Shown: positions 25,404 to 39,277, counted from the first letter of the whole stretch. The stretch: 62,784 bases of DNA, filler included, from Octopus bimaculoides (GCF_001194135.2; 9 parts of 8 records of this genome joined end to end with filler, not necessarily neighbours in it); one strand, 5' to 3'. A program made the numbers and translations. Notes: generated by a model not told the origin, from the letters alone.

Positions 25404-25630
25404 GCCTATTATTCTTTTATCCTGTTACTTGTTTCAATCAGCAGACAGCAGCCATACTGGGGCACTGTCCTGAAGTGTCGATGACACTGACCCTAGCGCA
25501 CATTTTTTAGTCTTGTACTTATCTTATCTTGAAAGAGAGAACTGCTATTTTTCAAGTGGTGTCAACTAAAGATAGACAGGGAAAGATACACGCACAAACA
25601 CACTCCACACACACGCACACACACATACAC

Positions 25631-25663
<33 letters not shown>

Positions 25664-26195
25664 ACATATATACATACCTACATGCAATCCTACATCACAT
25701 ATATGTGTGTTCTGATGTGAGATTGATTGAGAAACAAAGTATCTAAGATGTCTAATGTTTGTTGTACCGTCTGAATGTCCCCTTTAGGGATCAGTTCTTT
25801 GTTACAGATACTATTTCGTAGCTCTAAGTTATCACTATTTCTTTACGCTTGTGTTGTTTCTTAAAGTAATAAACTGGTGAATTCCCAGACAGCGTTTATA
25901 TTTATAATGCCGTGGACACCGCCAGATTAAGTGGTACTGCCAAGGTATCGAAACCACAGTGATATCCGTTTGGGCAGCTGTCAATGGGAATACACAGATT
26001 ATGCTTGACTGTGGATTTCTTATATCTAAGACTTGTTATTTTGAGTCGTCCTTCATTCTTTTAAAGTAGAAAGTGTTTATGGATTAATAGTCTGTGAGGA
26101 TCACTTTGGTATTGTTTGGTTTTTTTCATTATTTACCTAATTAGGCTTGGATATTGCTTAGATATTGGTGTGTAGTTTTAGGAAGGTTCTGTGGT

Positions 26196-26266
<71 letters not shown>

Positions 26267-26488
26267 GAAATAATAGAAACAGCAGTTTGTAATGTTTCAC
26301 CAAAAAGGACAATTACAAATGTGACTAAATGTGACTAGGGTGTTAGGAAACACATACACTGCTAGAAATAAGAGCTAAACCACTCTAATGCTATAGTTAA
26401 TGCATGTGAATGAAAACATAGACACTAATAGGGACCATAATTGTATGAAAAGTGCCGATATGTATATATATATATATATATGCACACA

Positions 26489-26701
26489 GGCGGCGAGCTG
26501 GCAGAAACGTTAGCTCACCGGGCGAAATGTTTAGTGCTATTTCATCTGTCTTTACGTTCTGAGTTCAAATTCCGCTGAGGTCAGCTTTGCTTTTCATCCT
26601 TTTGAGGTCAATAAAGTAAATACCAGTTGCGTACTGGGGTCAATCTAATCAACTGCCCCCTCTCCCCCAAAATTTCAGGCCTTGTGCCTAGAGTAGAAAA
26701 G
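26489..26701 (+). mobile_element. Full-length type B tRNA-derived SINE
   Basis: GGCGGCGAGCTGGCAGAAACGTTAG...GAGTTCAAATTCC...GGCCTTGTGCCTAGAGTAGAAAAG; other copies at 22273, 34560 (partial), 43790-44388, 44858 and 46955. Confidence 0.88.
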
Positions 26702-26860
26702 TATATATANNNNNNNNNNNNNNNNNNNNNNNNNNNNNNNNNNNNNNNNNNNNNNNNNNNNNNNNNNNNNNNNNNNNNNNNNNNNNNNNNNNNNNNNNNN
26801 NNNNNNNNNNNNNNNNNNNNNNNNNNNNNNNNNNNNNNNNNNNNNNNNNNNNNNNNNNNN

Positions 26861-26893
<33 letters not shown>

Positions 26894-27079
26894 CATACAC
26901 ATACATATGCCAAGCTTCCACCCTATTTCCATCTAGAAATTTCACTCACTCTGGTTGCAAAGTAAATTTAACCATACACCTATGCCTATACATATGTATA
27001 TGTGTATGTATTGCGTACACACATACATATGTGCACACACAGTCACATGCACACACACACACACACACATATTGTTGCC

Positions 27080-28060
27080 ATCTTCATCTTCATCATTTAA
27101 ACATGTCTTCCATGTTGGCATGGATTAGATGGTTCAACAAGATCCAGTGAGTTAGGGAGTTGTGTCAAGGCCCAGTATTTCCTTTGGCATGGTTTTGACA
27201 GCAGGTTGCCTACAGAAGGCAAATATGAGAGGGAATAGGAACAAAGGTGGTGGTTACTGATGACATGCTTTGGGGGCTTCATTTTTTTGCTGAGATGGAC
27301 AGGTCATCTTGAGCATAATGAAATACCAATCATCTTGGTCTTTTGTCATCTCCTTTATGAGTCTCAACATCCTGAGGTCTGTCTTCACAACTTCATCCCA
27401 CATCTCCCAAGGTTTTCCTCTTCCATAGATCCCATCAACATTTAGCGAATGGCACATCTTATGCAGCTATCTTCGGCCATTTGAATCACATGACCATACC
27501 AGCACAGTCATCTCCCTTGCACACTGTACATCTTATGGCCAATTTTTCTTTCAACTAATTACCACTTTGTCATACAAATTAGTACTTTGTTGCATGTCCT
27601 AGCTTCATGCAAAGTACCTTTCACTCTAAGAAAGAGGCCTTTTGTTACCAACAGATATAATAACTCTCTGAACTTTCTCCAGCCAGTCCTTCTTGCAATA
27701 TGCTGTCAGAGCCTAATGACTTAAATAGCTCCTCCACAGCTAATTAGATCACCTATGTATCAAAAACTATCTCAGTTTCTAAGAATCCTTCTGGCTATTC
27801 AAGAAAATCTAATATTTGTGTATTCTCAATGCTTCTTGTTCCTATGCACCTGCCAGAAACATGTCTACTTCTTCTGCTAACCTTCTTGTGATTTCCACTG
27901 CACATCTTATGTGTCCATAGTTGGCCTTGGGTACACTGTGCAGAATTTCAACCTATCCCTTTTCTACATATAGAAGAAGGCTATTTTCCTGAAAAGATTA
28001 ACATCTTGTCTGTTTTGCTGCTAACAAGAATCTTTGATTTTGTTAAGTTAACTTTAAGAC
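27080..28060 (-). mobile_element. Degraded RTE LINE 3' portion with tail
   Basis: Reverse complement reads GIYGRGKPWEMWDEVVKTDLRML and earlier post-RT motifs; tail CCAACATGGAAGACATGTTTAAATGATG. Confidence 0.75.
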
Positions 28061-28659
28061 CCATTAATTCCAGGTTTTGCTTCCACATCTACAGATTCTT
28101 TTCTAAATTTACTACAGATATGTGTGTACGTGTGTGTGTATGTGTGTGTGTGTGAGTCTGTGTGTGATGCGCACACACATTATGTGTGTATAAAAATAAG
28201 CCCAACAGCTCAATCAAAAATGAAAATATATATATATCTGCAGTCTTTCCTGGTGTATAAAATTATGTGTAATAAATGCAATAAATTTTACATCAGATGA
28301 ACCATCAGACAATTACATATACAGGTTATTGAACAGCTCTAGGCTAAAGCTTCTTTCCATCAAAAAAATATCTACAGAAATGCCACACCCAAGACAACCG
28401 GATTTCCATTGAAAGTAAATTTAGGAAGTTGGGAATAAAAAAAAAATCTCCTCTTTTATTGAAGAAATACACACCACTTATTAATAAGAGATTAAATGTA
28501 GCCAATTGGTTACTATAGTGACATGTACCAACCCTTCATACATATATACAACAGGACAAAAAAGGTCAGTGAATACCAACTTTTCTCCAAAAATTTCCTG
28601 AGGAAGGGATCCTAACTTTGGAATACTAAAATACCTGGTAAAACTATTAACCTGTTTTA

Positions 28660-29310
28660 TACTCTTTTACTCTCTTTTACTTGTTTCAGTCATTTGACTG
28701 CGGCCATGCTGGAGCACCACCTTTATGTTTATAAATAGTATTGTTTTGCTTTTTAAAAATATATTAAAAAATGTGTGTGTGTGTGTGTGTGTGCACACGC
28801 ACACATGTGTATTGTGCATGTGAGTGCATGTGTGTATGTATGTGTGCAGGTGCATGACCTAATGGTTAGGGTGTTACACTCACAATCACTAGATCATGAT
28901 TTCAATTCCTAGACTAGGTTGTGCATTGTGTTCTTGAGCAAAACCCTTCATCTCACGTTGCTCTGCAATCACTTTAACACCTGACGCATGGCACACCTGT
29001 GTGCACCTGTTCAAACATCATCGATTTGATGGAGAGAGTAAGCTTATGTACAACACATACATTTGAACTCTTATAAACAAATCATTCGTGCAGGTCGTTC
29101 GGCAAAAAGCTGAATGCTCATATGTCATCTTCAACGGGAAAGTCCATCATATATGGCTTAACTGATTGAAACTCCAAATTCACTATCAATAATATTCTTG
29201 CTTAAAAATAATAAAGATATATATCATCATCATCATTATCATCATCGTTTAACGTTCGCTTTCCATGCTAGCATGGGTTGGACAATTTGACTAAGGACTG
29301 GCGAACCAGG
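28660..29310. mobile_element. Mixed SINE/RTE debris: type A tail (-), CORE-like SINE (+, 28860-29140), RTE tail (-, 29230-29310)
   Basis: Each part matches another copy in the window. Confidence 0.7.
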
Positions 29311-29352
29311 TGTGTATGTGTTTACATACCTATATATCTATCTATCTATCTA

Positions 29353-29400
<48 letters not shown>

Positions 29401-29863
29401 TATGTAATATATGTAAACACATACATACACATATATTTAGGCACAGAGATGGCTATTTGCGTGAGAAGTTCATTTCAGAATCATGTGGCTGGTCCCACTG
29501 CATGGACACTGACAGACGGTCCTCTACTACAACCACAGAATGACCAATACCATGAGATTAAATTTGGTAGACAGAAAATGAAAGGAGCTTGTCTTGTGTG
29601 TGAGTGTTTGTGTGAATGAGTTCATATGTCTCTTTGTTTCCACTTATATGGTAGGAGCAGATTGTAAACAAAAGCTTGATTGTTCATAGGAACAATCTCA
29701 TAATATTTCATTCCAGTGCAAAAGCCATGTCAGAATTCTTGTCTCTGAGAGCAAGACGGTGAATGAATGAGCACTTCAAGGTTATTCCCTACTGTAACAG
29801 AGAAAACAGCCTAAAAATGCTTGTTGTGTTCTGTCAATCTACCTATCTATCTCTTTTTATATA

Positions 29864-29943
<80 letters not shown>

Positions 29944-30043
29944 NNNNNNNNNNNNNNNNNNNNNNNNNNNNNNNNNNNNNNNNNNNNTTAATTAATTAAN
30001 NNNNNNNNNNNNNNNNNNNNNNNNNNNNNNNNNNNNNNNNNNN

Positions 30044-30131
30044 TTGGAGCCTACGCTCTTCTACAGAAAGGAACACAAAAAGAAACAAGGAGAGAAAAAA
30101 ACGTGTGCAGTGGTCAGTGATCTATCATGGC

Positions 30132-30176
<45 letters not shown>

Positions 30177-30500
30177 TATATATATGGAACCAACTAACAC
30201 ACTATTCACATTCGGGACTATTTTTTTTTGTATCTCTTCTGACATCATCTATTGCTTCAAATGCACCCTTTGCGACTCTTTATATGTTGGTCAGACTGGC
30301 CATCATCTAACCGACAGGTTTACTGAACATCTATAGAATATCTGCCTCCCCACCACCCATTACCGTCACTTTTGCTCTACCAACTGTCTTCGGCCTGGCC
30401 ACTATCTTGGAGCCACTACCACTAGACTTCACGAATACTGCTGCATTTTCATATTATAAATTCATACACTGTTTCGACTTAACACCCAACTCCTTCTTGT
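30044..30500. mobile_element. Penelope-like element remnants: terminal repeat (-) and GIY-YIG fragment (+)
   Basis: CISSDIIYCFKCTLCDSLYVGQTGHHLTDRFTEHL is a GIY-YIG motif of PLE type. 30044-30072 is a degenerate hammerhead-like core on the minus strand. Confidence 0.75.
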
Positions 30501-30877
30501 AACAGCTTCCACCTTCGTTTCCCTTTTTTTTTTTATTTTATTTTAACTTTTGCTTTTCTTATTTTTCAATTTTTTTAATCTTTAAAATTTTTTATTAAAA
30601 TTATTTTAATTTTTAAAATTATTAAAAAAATTTTAAAATTCAATGTAATTTTCTTAATTTTAAAATTAAAAATTTTTTAATTTTTAATTTATCTTCCACA
30701 TACTTCCACACACCCATATACATAACTTACCTCCCCATACTACATACATATCTACCATGCACACACACACATATGCAAACACACAGACAAACACATATAT
30801 ATACACACATTCATACACATGCACTCACACATACTCATTCATTTATGTACACACATAAACACACATATACACACACA

Positions 30878-31200
30878 GCATGGCTCAGTGGTTAGAGTAT
30901 TGGGCTTACAATCAAAAAGTAGTAAGTTTGATTCCCAGACTGGGCTCTGTGTAGTGTTCTTCAGCAAGACACTTTATTTTCACGTTACTCCAGTTCACTC
31001 AGCTGTAGAAATGAGTTGCAATGTCACAGGTGCCAAGCTGTATTGGCCTCTGCCTTTCCCTTCGATAACATCGGTGGCATGGAAAGAGGAGGCTGGTATG
31101 CATGGGCAACTGCTGGACTTCCATGAACAACCTTGCCCTTGGAGGGGAACTTTCTAGGTGCATTCCATGGTCATTCATGACTGAATAGGGTCTTTACTCT
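30878..31200 (+). mobile_element. CORE-domain SINE
   Basis: tRNA head GGCTCAGTGGTTAGAG...GTTTGATTCCC, then GTTCTTCAGCAAGACACTTTATTTTCACGTTACTCCAGTTCACTCAGCTGTAGAAATGAG, resembling the MIR/CORE consensus (..GGCAAGTCACTTAAC..CCTCAGTTTCCTCATCTGTAAAATGG). Confidence 0.75.
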
Positions 31201-31671
31201 TTTACACACAGCAACACCAACACATGCACACACATGTCATCCCACCCCTCAATCACACATTCATCCACCCTAAATCTAACTACTGCTACTAACCTCTTCA
31301 CATCACTCCCTCACACACATAAATCACTCACATAAATACAATGACACATGCACACTGATACTACCACACACACACACACACCATTTTTACACTTTCCTGC
31401 CTTCAAAAACCGTTTTCTGTATCTCTCTCCACTTCCAGTCAGTCATTTTCAACCATGTAATACATGTGCTTTTCTCAGACTATTCTTTTCATTCTCTGGA
31501 CTTTTTCTTCTTTCTGATGAAGAGCTATGCTTAAAATGTCACACTGCCTCTTTTTTTACCAATTTAAACTTTCTCTGAGCATCAATCTAATATATTCACT
31601 GAGTATGTCCTCTTTTGTATCTTTTTCTGTTTTTATTTTTGATTTGCTTCTCTGTGTGTGTATGTGTGTGT

Positions 31672-32570
31672 GTTGGCAATGCATCAAGTTCCTCTTTGAC
31701 AGGTTGGTGTTCCATGATATCTAGCACACTGTCCAAGATGTTTTCTTTGGTGCAGAGTTCAGTGTAATGCTCCACCCATCTCTCCAATTGCTCTCTTTTA
31801 CCCTTAATGACCTCTCCTGTTCTGGGTTGGGCCGATGGCTTTCTTGATACCTTCATACATTCTGTGAATGTATCCTGTGTCAAACAACTGTTGGATGCCT
31901 CACTGATCTCAATACTTACAACATTACCTTAGTGGATCGGTGTTTGTGCTTCAACAAGGCAAGGTACTTTTCCTCTTATGGGTTCATTTAGCTCATTCAC
32001 ACTCACCTCAAACCAGTCCTATGTCATTCTCTGCCTGCCCCCAAAGGCCCTAATTCCAGTGTCATGGATGGTGTTCCTGAGAGAGTCCCATCTTTGCTGA
32101 ACATTACCTTCCGGTGAGTCTGTAAGGAAAGTATCCTCCAGTGATTTGAGGAATGCACCTGCCTTGGCTGTCTGCTGGGTCACAATAGCATTGATACACT
32201 GCTTGCTTGGAGGCTCAGCACAGTTTATCATTTTTGGTTGGAGTTTGAGACTAGCAAACCAGGGAGTGATCTGTATCACAGTCAGTGCTCTGAAAGGATC
32301 AAGTCAAGAGCATGTCCCTCAGCTGGTTGTGTCTTGTAAGAATCAGATCTTGCTGATGCCAGTGCCCTGAGTGAAGATGATACCAGGAAACTCTATGTTG
32401 AACTTCAGTCTGGAAGCAGGTATTGGTGACACATAGTCCATGGAACATACAGAGCTTAAGCAACCATTGCCCATTTTCATTCATATTGCCAACCTTGTAC
32501 CATCCTAGATACCCTGTCCAGGAATTGTGATTGGAACCCACTCTAGCACAGAAGTCGCTAAGTTGCACCA
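31672..32570 (-). mobile_element. Inverted 5' part of a BovB-like RTE LINE (endonuclease and linker)
   Basis: DFCARVGSNHNSW..GNMNENGQWLLKLC..LCVTNTCF..HWHQQDLIL; ends WVEHYTELC...EELDALPT. Confidence 0.85.
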
Positions 32571-32574
32571 AATA

Positions 32575-33300
32575 CTGCTGAAGAACTAAACAAAATCATT
32601 TATCGTTTGTCTGTTGGGAAAGCGCTGAGATTGAACTGCATTCCATCAGAAGTTATCAGATGTGCAAGGGAGTTCTACACATGCTGAAATTACTGTGTCA
32701 GTGCTGGGAGGAGAGAATAGTCCTACAAGATATGAGAGACTGCAACATTATCACCCTCTGTAAGAACAAAAGAGATAAAAGCAACTGCAATAGTTCCTGA
32801 AGCATCTTGCTGCTAAGCATCACCAGGAAGGCCTTTGCCCACAGTCCTAAACACACTTCAAAAAATTACTGACATGAGCGACGTCTCAACAACTTCCACC
32901 TTCATAGCCTTAGGCACATTTTGTATATCAAGTGGACCAACTGAGTCACCAACACTGAAGTCCTCAACCATGCCAAGATATCCAGCATATTCATCCTGCT
33001 CCAACAACACCATCTGTGCACATATATTGTATGCTTGATAGGAGGATCCGAAAAGACCTGTATGGGGAACTAGCTATTGGCACAAGAGCACAAGGACAAC
33101 TTCATCTTCATTTCAAGAATGTCTGCAAGAGAGATACGAAGTCAATAAATCTGGGTGTCCCAAGAAGGAAGAGGCTACTAATGATTGCCCATGCTGGAGA
33201 CAAGTAATACGCATGGGGAGAGAGTGAAATGAAGAGAAACTGAAATTTGCCGCTGAAGAAAAGAAAACGCTGTGGTGCCTGTGGAGAGCATCTTCAAATA
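32575..33300 (+). mobile_element. Sense 3' part of the same BovB-like RTE, with the RT core deleted
   Basis: Starts TAEELNKII..GKA, includes CNIITLCKNKRDKSNCN, then jumps to ERRLNNFHLHSLRHIL..VTNTEVL..KDLYGELAIG..LHFKNVCKRD. Confidence 0.8.
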
Positions 33301-33509
33301 TATAATAGAGAATGGAAAAAAAAAAAAAAAAAGAAACAACACAGGATAAGCTCACAATGAAAATGAAAGAGTTATGGTATTTAGAAATTGACCTTTTCTC
33401 AGAACATGGGTGGAAGTGAAAACAAGAGGCAAAAGCAGAAAAAAAAAAATAAAAGAAAGAATAGGAGTTGAAGATGAAAATGCCTGAGTATATGGTAACC
33501 TTGGCTGCT

Positions 33510-33544
<35 letters not shown>

Positions 33545-34207
33545 ATCTATCTATCGATCTATCATCATATCTATCTATCTATCTATCTATCATTATATCT
33601 ATCTATCTTATAACTACACAAATATAGATATGTGCATACATGTGAAGCTTATAGACATTGGCTACATGCATGCACACACAAAGAAGAGGGAACAAAAATC
33701 AGAAAAATTAAAGTTTTATTTCTCAGATAGACACAAAAATAAAATAATACAAGAGAAAAGACAGAGAAAGGAAGAAATTATGCAAGAAAAAAATCAATAG
33801 AGAGTGGGGGAAGAGAGAGAGAGAAAGAATCAGTAAAGTGTGAAGTAAAAATAATCATGATGCAAAAACTGCAAAGGATATGGTGGTAGTTGTTATTTGG
33901 TTGCAAATTAATTCTGATCTAACATATCAAGGGTATCCCAGCCCTAAACTTTCTTTCATATCTAGGATTGCATTATCTAATGCAAAGGTTATTAACATGG
34001 GTAATAGTGTCCCCTGGTGGGGGGGATTCCCAAAGGAGCACTGGGTGTTAAAAGGGACTGATTTTTTTCTTAAAATTAATATCTAAACAAGGTGTTTAAA
34101 CCAAATATATGGAATGAAGGTAAGTCATGGCAATTAAAATAATTTCTCCACAAAATACATAAAAAAATAACAATAAAAACATTAATTAATGTTGTTATAT
34201 ATATATT

Positions 34208-34256
<49 letters not shown>

Positions 34257-35079
34257 CATTATCAACATTTAACTGGTATGGGTTGAATAGCATGACAAGA
34301 ACTGGCAAGGCCAGGGACCACACAAGGTTCTGTAGTCTGTTTTTGCTTGGTTTCTATAGTGGGATGCCCTTCCTAATGCCAAACATTTAACAAAGTGTAC
34401 TGGGTACTTTTTAACTGACACCTTGGTTTTAAAATCTCTATATTGTTGTAGTCGATGGGTCTTCTTGAGTACAGCAATGCACCACACATCTCTCTTCTAC
34501 ATAGATGAAAATATGTAATTCAACCTCATTTTCATCTGTCAATATCTAAATATACATAAGATGGTGAGCAGGCAGAATTGTTAGTATGCGAGGCAAAATG
34601 CTTAGCTGCATTTTATCTGTCTTTACATTCTGAGTTCAATTAACAATCTAAGCTGAAATTAATTTGTCTATCGAAAAAGAAATATCCATTATCCAGAGGG
34701 AGGGAGAGAGAGAGAATTTAGGTTTGGTTTGGCATTATTTGCCTATTGATTGAAATAAAGAGACGGACAGACAGACAGATAATGCACAAGTTGACAATGA
34801 GGACTGAAGGAAATTTTTAGCAATTAAACAATCACATAATTAAGGACTGCAAAGGCAGAAGTAAAAAAGGGGGAAAGTGATAGATAAATAAAATGAATCA
34901 GTTCGCTTAGCTTATCAATCCTGTGTCTTGTTTGAACAATTGAAAAACAATTTGTGCATAAATTATTGTACATAACTGACAAAATTTTGCATGAGTAAAC
35001 CAAGGGCTGGGGAATCTAACTATTTGGCATGAATCCACAGGGACTCCATTGATATTCTATGACAAAATGCCCAACCACA

Positions 35080-35225
35080 AAGTTTAATGATATCATCATC
35101 ATCATCACTGTTTAACATCCATTTTCCATGCTGGTATGGGTTGGATAGTTTGACAGGAGCTAGCCATGCTCCAATTGTCTGCTTTGGTATGGTTTCTACA
35201 ACTGGATGCACTTCTTAATGCCAAT
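35080..35225 (-). mobile_element. RTE 3' tail
   Basis: ATCATCATC...TTTAACATCCATTTTCCATGCTGGTATGGGTTGG is the reverse complement of the tail. Confidence 0.8.
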
Positions 35226-35301
35226 TAACAAACTCACAAGGAGTTATGAAACTCACAAAAGTTTTTTGTGTGAATTTTACAGTATACAAAATCGTAAAAT
35301 T

Positions 35302-38300
35302 ATGGAAGAATTGTTGGTCAGTTTGCTCGAGTTGCAAAACCAGCAACAACAACAACTGCAAGAACAACAACTACAACAATTACTATTACAGCAACAAATG
35401 CTGCAATTCATGAATAGTAAGTCGTCGAAAAATGCTGAAAAGATGTTCTTGCCAGATTATGTTGCAAACTCCATAATGGAATTTAAGTATGAACCAGACA
35501 AAGGAGTTACCTTTGAGGTGTATTATAGAAGATATGAACAAATCTTCAATAAAGAGTGCAAAGACTGGGATGATGATATGAAAATGTATCTAATCTTAAG
35601 AAAACTGGCAGCAGGAGAACATGAGCGTTACAGCAATTATGTACTCCCGAAAAAACATAAAGTTTAGAAATACAATAGACATGTTGTGTAAAATTTTTAG
35701 CAAGAAAAACTCATTGTCCAATGCACGCTGGAAATATTTAAACCTAGAAAAGAACAATGAGGAGGACTACATCACATATGCTGATAGAGTTAACAGAGAA
35801 TGTGAAAAGTTCAAATTGCATGAGTTAATGCTAGTCATGTTCAAGTGCCTGATATTTACTCAGGAACTAACTGCAGAAAAAGATGCAGAAGTAAGAACAA
35901 GAATTCTCACTAAGCTGAAAAAAAAAAAAAACCAAGCTGTAACCTTACAACAAGTGTCAGATGAGTGTGAAAGAATAGTAAATCTAAGACATGACACAGA
36001 GAAAAATGAAGATAAAGATTGCTCACAAGTGAAACAAGTGTATCAGAAAATACAAAACAGGCAGAATAGAAATCAAATGTGTACTAAAATACAGTACAAA
36101 CAGGACAAAAGTCAGGAAACAAACCCATATTTTGCATGTGGAGGTCTACACCTGAGAAAAAACAGCCTAGCCTATTTAAGAAAGTGGAATGTTTCCATTG
36201 TGGAAAAACTGGACACGTAAAAGCGCACTGTAAAACCAAGATGACAAAATGTTGGAACAAAGAAAAAAGAATAAACAAGATGCTGTCAAAAGAAAATGGT
36301 AATGTGATAAAGAGGAAATTCATAAATGTGAAAATTGAAAATATAAGAGTAAAAATGCAGTTAGATACTGGAAGTGATATTATCATTGTGAATGAAAAAA
36401 CTTGGAAGTATATCAGTAAACCAAAATTAAGTAAATCTACAAAGTAGCACATGATGTTATGGGTAAAAGATTGTATTTTGTAGGTGAATTTGTGTGTAAT
36501 GTGACATTTCGTGACCAAATGAAAACAGCAAAAATATATGTGTTAAAAAATTCAGTAAATCTATTTGGCACAGATTGGATGGAAATGTTCAAATTGTGGT
36601 AGATTCTCATAAGTATTTTGTGTGAGAATATAGTCGGTTCAGTTGACGGTTCGAATGTGGCTGAGGGGTTGAAACAAAAAATAAAACATTTATTCTCAGA
36701 TGTTTTCTCATATGAACTAGACTACTGCAAAAAAATGAAGGCAAAAATTGTAGTAAAACAAAGTGCAACGCCTGTATTTAAGTCAAAACATAATGTACCG
36801 TTCATGGCACTAGAATGGGTCTTGAGGAAGTGTTTGCAATGATGAATGCAGAGAGATTCTCCTCAAAATCAAACCTCTTGGAGGCATACTTACAAATCCA
36901 AGTAGAAGAAAAATGCTCACATTTACTATCCATTAATACACACCGAGGCTTATTTAAATTTAAGTGGCTTCCCTTTGCTGTAAAAGTGGCTCCTTCCATA
37001 TTTCAATAAGTAATATAGATACAGTGTTGGTGAACTGTGATTTTACTATCGTCTATTTAGGCAATATCTTAACAAAAAGCGAATCACACAAACAACATGT
37101 AGAACATGTAAAAAGGGTATTCAAAAAGATAAGAGAATACGGCTTTAAGCTAAGTGAAGAAGAATGTGAGTTCTTCCTGGAAAAATGAAATTCTTGGGCC
37201 AGATAATAGATAAAAACAGATGGAAACTAGATCCATCTCGAGCAACTGCGATAAAAAATATGCCCATACCAAATAATGCGACTATGCTACATGCATTTTT
37301 GAGATTAGTAAATTACTATCAAATTTTTTTTTCTAGTATACACAATGTAAGAGTCCCACTAAATGATTTAAAGAAAAATGCAAAATGGTGCTGGACTGAT
37401 AAGTGCCAGAAGGCATTTGACAAATTAAAAAACATTTTAATATCAGACTTATTGTTAACGCATTTTGATCCAAAGCTGGATATTATATTGGCTACAGATG
37501 TGAGTAATTATGGTGTAGGAGTAGTGCTTCTGCACAAATATTACAGTGGGAGTAAAAAGGCTACAGCCATGCATCACAATTGTTATTACCAATAGAAAGG
37601 AACTACAATCAAACAGAAAAGGAAACATTAGCAATTATATTAGGTGTAAAAACATTCATAGATTTATTTATGGAAGAAGTTTCTATCTACAAACAGATCA
37701 TCGTCCACTACTGTCAATATATGGTTCAAAAAAAGGAATACCAACACACACAGCAATGGGACACTATATTATTAAATTATGATTTCTAAATGGAATATTT
37801 ACCATCAAAGAAACTAAGGCATTCAAAACACTGCAAGCCTTTCAAAGATATGGTAATCACAGCATTAAGATCAGAAGGAGAAATAAAAAATGTAATGCGG
37901 AATGTGGTACGTGAATTACCAGTGACCCTAGAAGACATAAAATGAAGTGCAGAAAAGGACAAATTCATAACAAAAATGAAAAGAATACTGTGGACAAGAA
38001 AAGTAAACAGGAATAGGATTGGTACGGAATGAAAGCAAGATGTGAACCTATATTCAATTTGTGATGGCATACTTATGTATGCACAGAGAGTAGTAATACC
38101 TGAAACATTACAAAAGAAAATGTTGAGGGAATTTCATGTTGGACATTCTGGTATTTCAAAGATGAAAGTCTTAATGTGTAGCTATGTGTACTGGCCAAAA
38201 ATGGATACAGAAATTGAAAATTTTGTGAAAAGCTGCAGAGGATGTGTTTTAGCAGCAAAATTACTGATGATAAAAAGTGAACTTTGGCCAAAAGTAGATG

Positions 38301-39000
38301 TTCCATGGTTGAGACTACACATTGATTTTGCTGGTCCCTTAAACAGTTCATACTACTTTGTGATAGTAGATAGTTTCTCTAAATGGCCAGAAATTTGTAA
38401 GAGTAAAAAGTCTACATGAGCTGTTTGCAAGATTTGGTGTCCCAGACACTTTACTATCTGATAATGGAATGCAATTTGTGTCTTTTGAGTTTAAAAAGTT
38501 TTGTAAAATGTTCACTGTAGAACATATAACTACTTTGCCATACCATCTTAGATCTAGCAGACAAACAGAATGCTTTGTTGATACGTTCAAGAGAGCCTAA
38601 GAAAGTTGAATAAGGAAGTTACGGATGAGGTAGCTCTACAACAATTCCTAAGAGTCTACTGAGTGATACCAAATCCAAACACACCAGCAGGTATGTCACC
38701 AGTAGAGCTGATGTTTGTGAGGAAAATAAAACCAGTTGTTGACAGATTGCTACCAGGTAAGAAAAGAAAAATTGTAAGATATTTCAAAATTGGTGAAAAT
38801 GTATTTGTTAGGGCATATAAGAATGGAAAACAAAGTTGGGAAGATGGTGTGGTTACCAAATGCATAGGAAAAATGTTATACTTGGTAAAAGGAAGAAAAT
38901 AGGTATACAAGAGACACATAAATCAACAAAAAAGAAGATACGTTGAGAGCGAACCCAAGAGAATGGAATAACCAATGGAATGGTTATGTGATATTTTCAA
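35302..39000 (+). mobile_element. Degraded Ty3/Gypsy LTR retrotransposon internal region (gag, PR, RT, RNase H, IN)
   Basis: gag FEVYYRRYEQIF; CCHC knuckle CFHCGKTGHVKAHC; protease LDTGSD; RT EAYLQI..TH.GLF..LPFAVKVAPSIFQ..YLGNI; RNase H LATDVSNYGVGVV; integrase H-H-C-C region, HIDFAGP, SDNG. Many frameshifts; I could not identify LTRs. Confidence 0.92.
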
Positions 39001-39229
39001 GTACCAACACCACTACAAATAATTGAACTCAGACCCACAAGCAAAAAAAAAAAGAAAATGTACAGAGTTCTTGGAAGTGGATGCCAAATGAAAAGAATAA
39101 TTAAATTTGTAACAGTATGAAAAAAAAATAAAACTCAAAAAAGGGAGGTAGGGTGGCATAATAATTATTGTTAATAAAAATAAAAATATACTCCCTAAGA
39201 AAAAAAATCTTAAAAGGGATGTTATAGAG

Positions 39230-39277
<48 letters not shown>

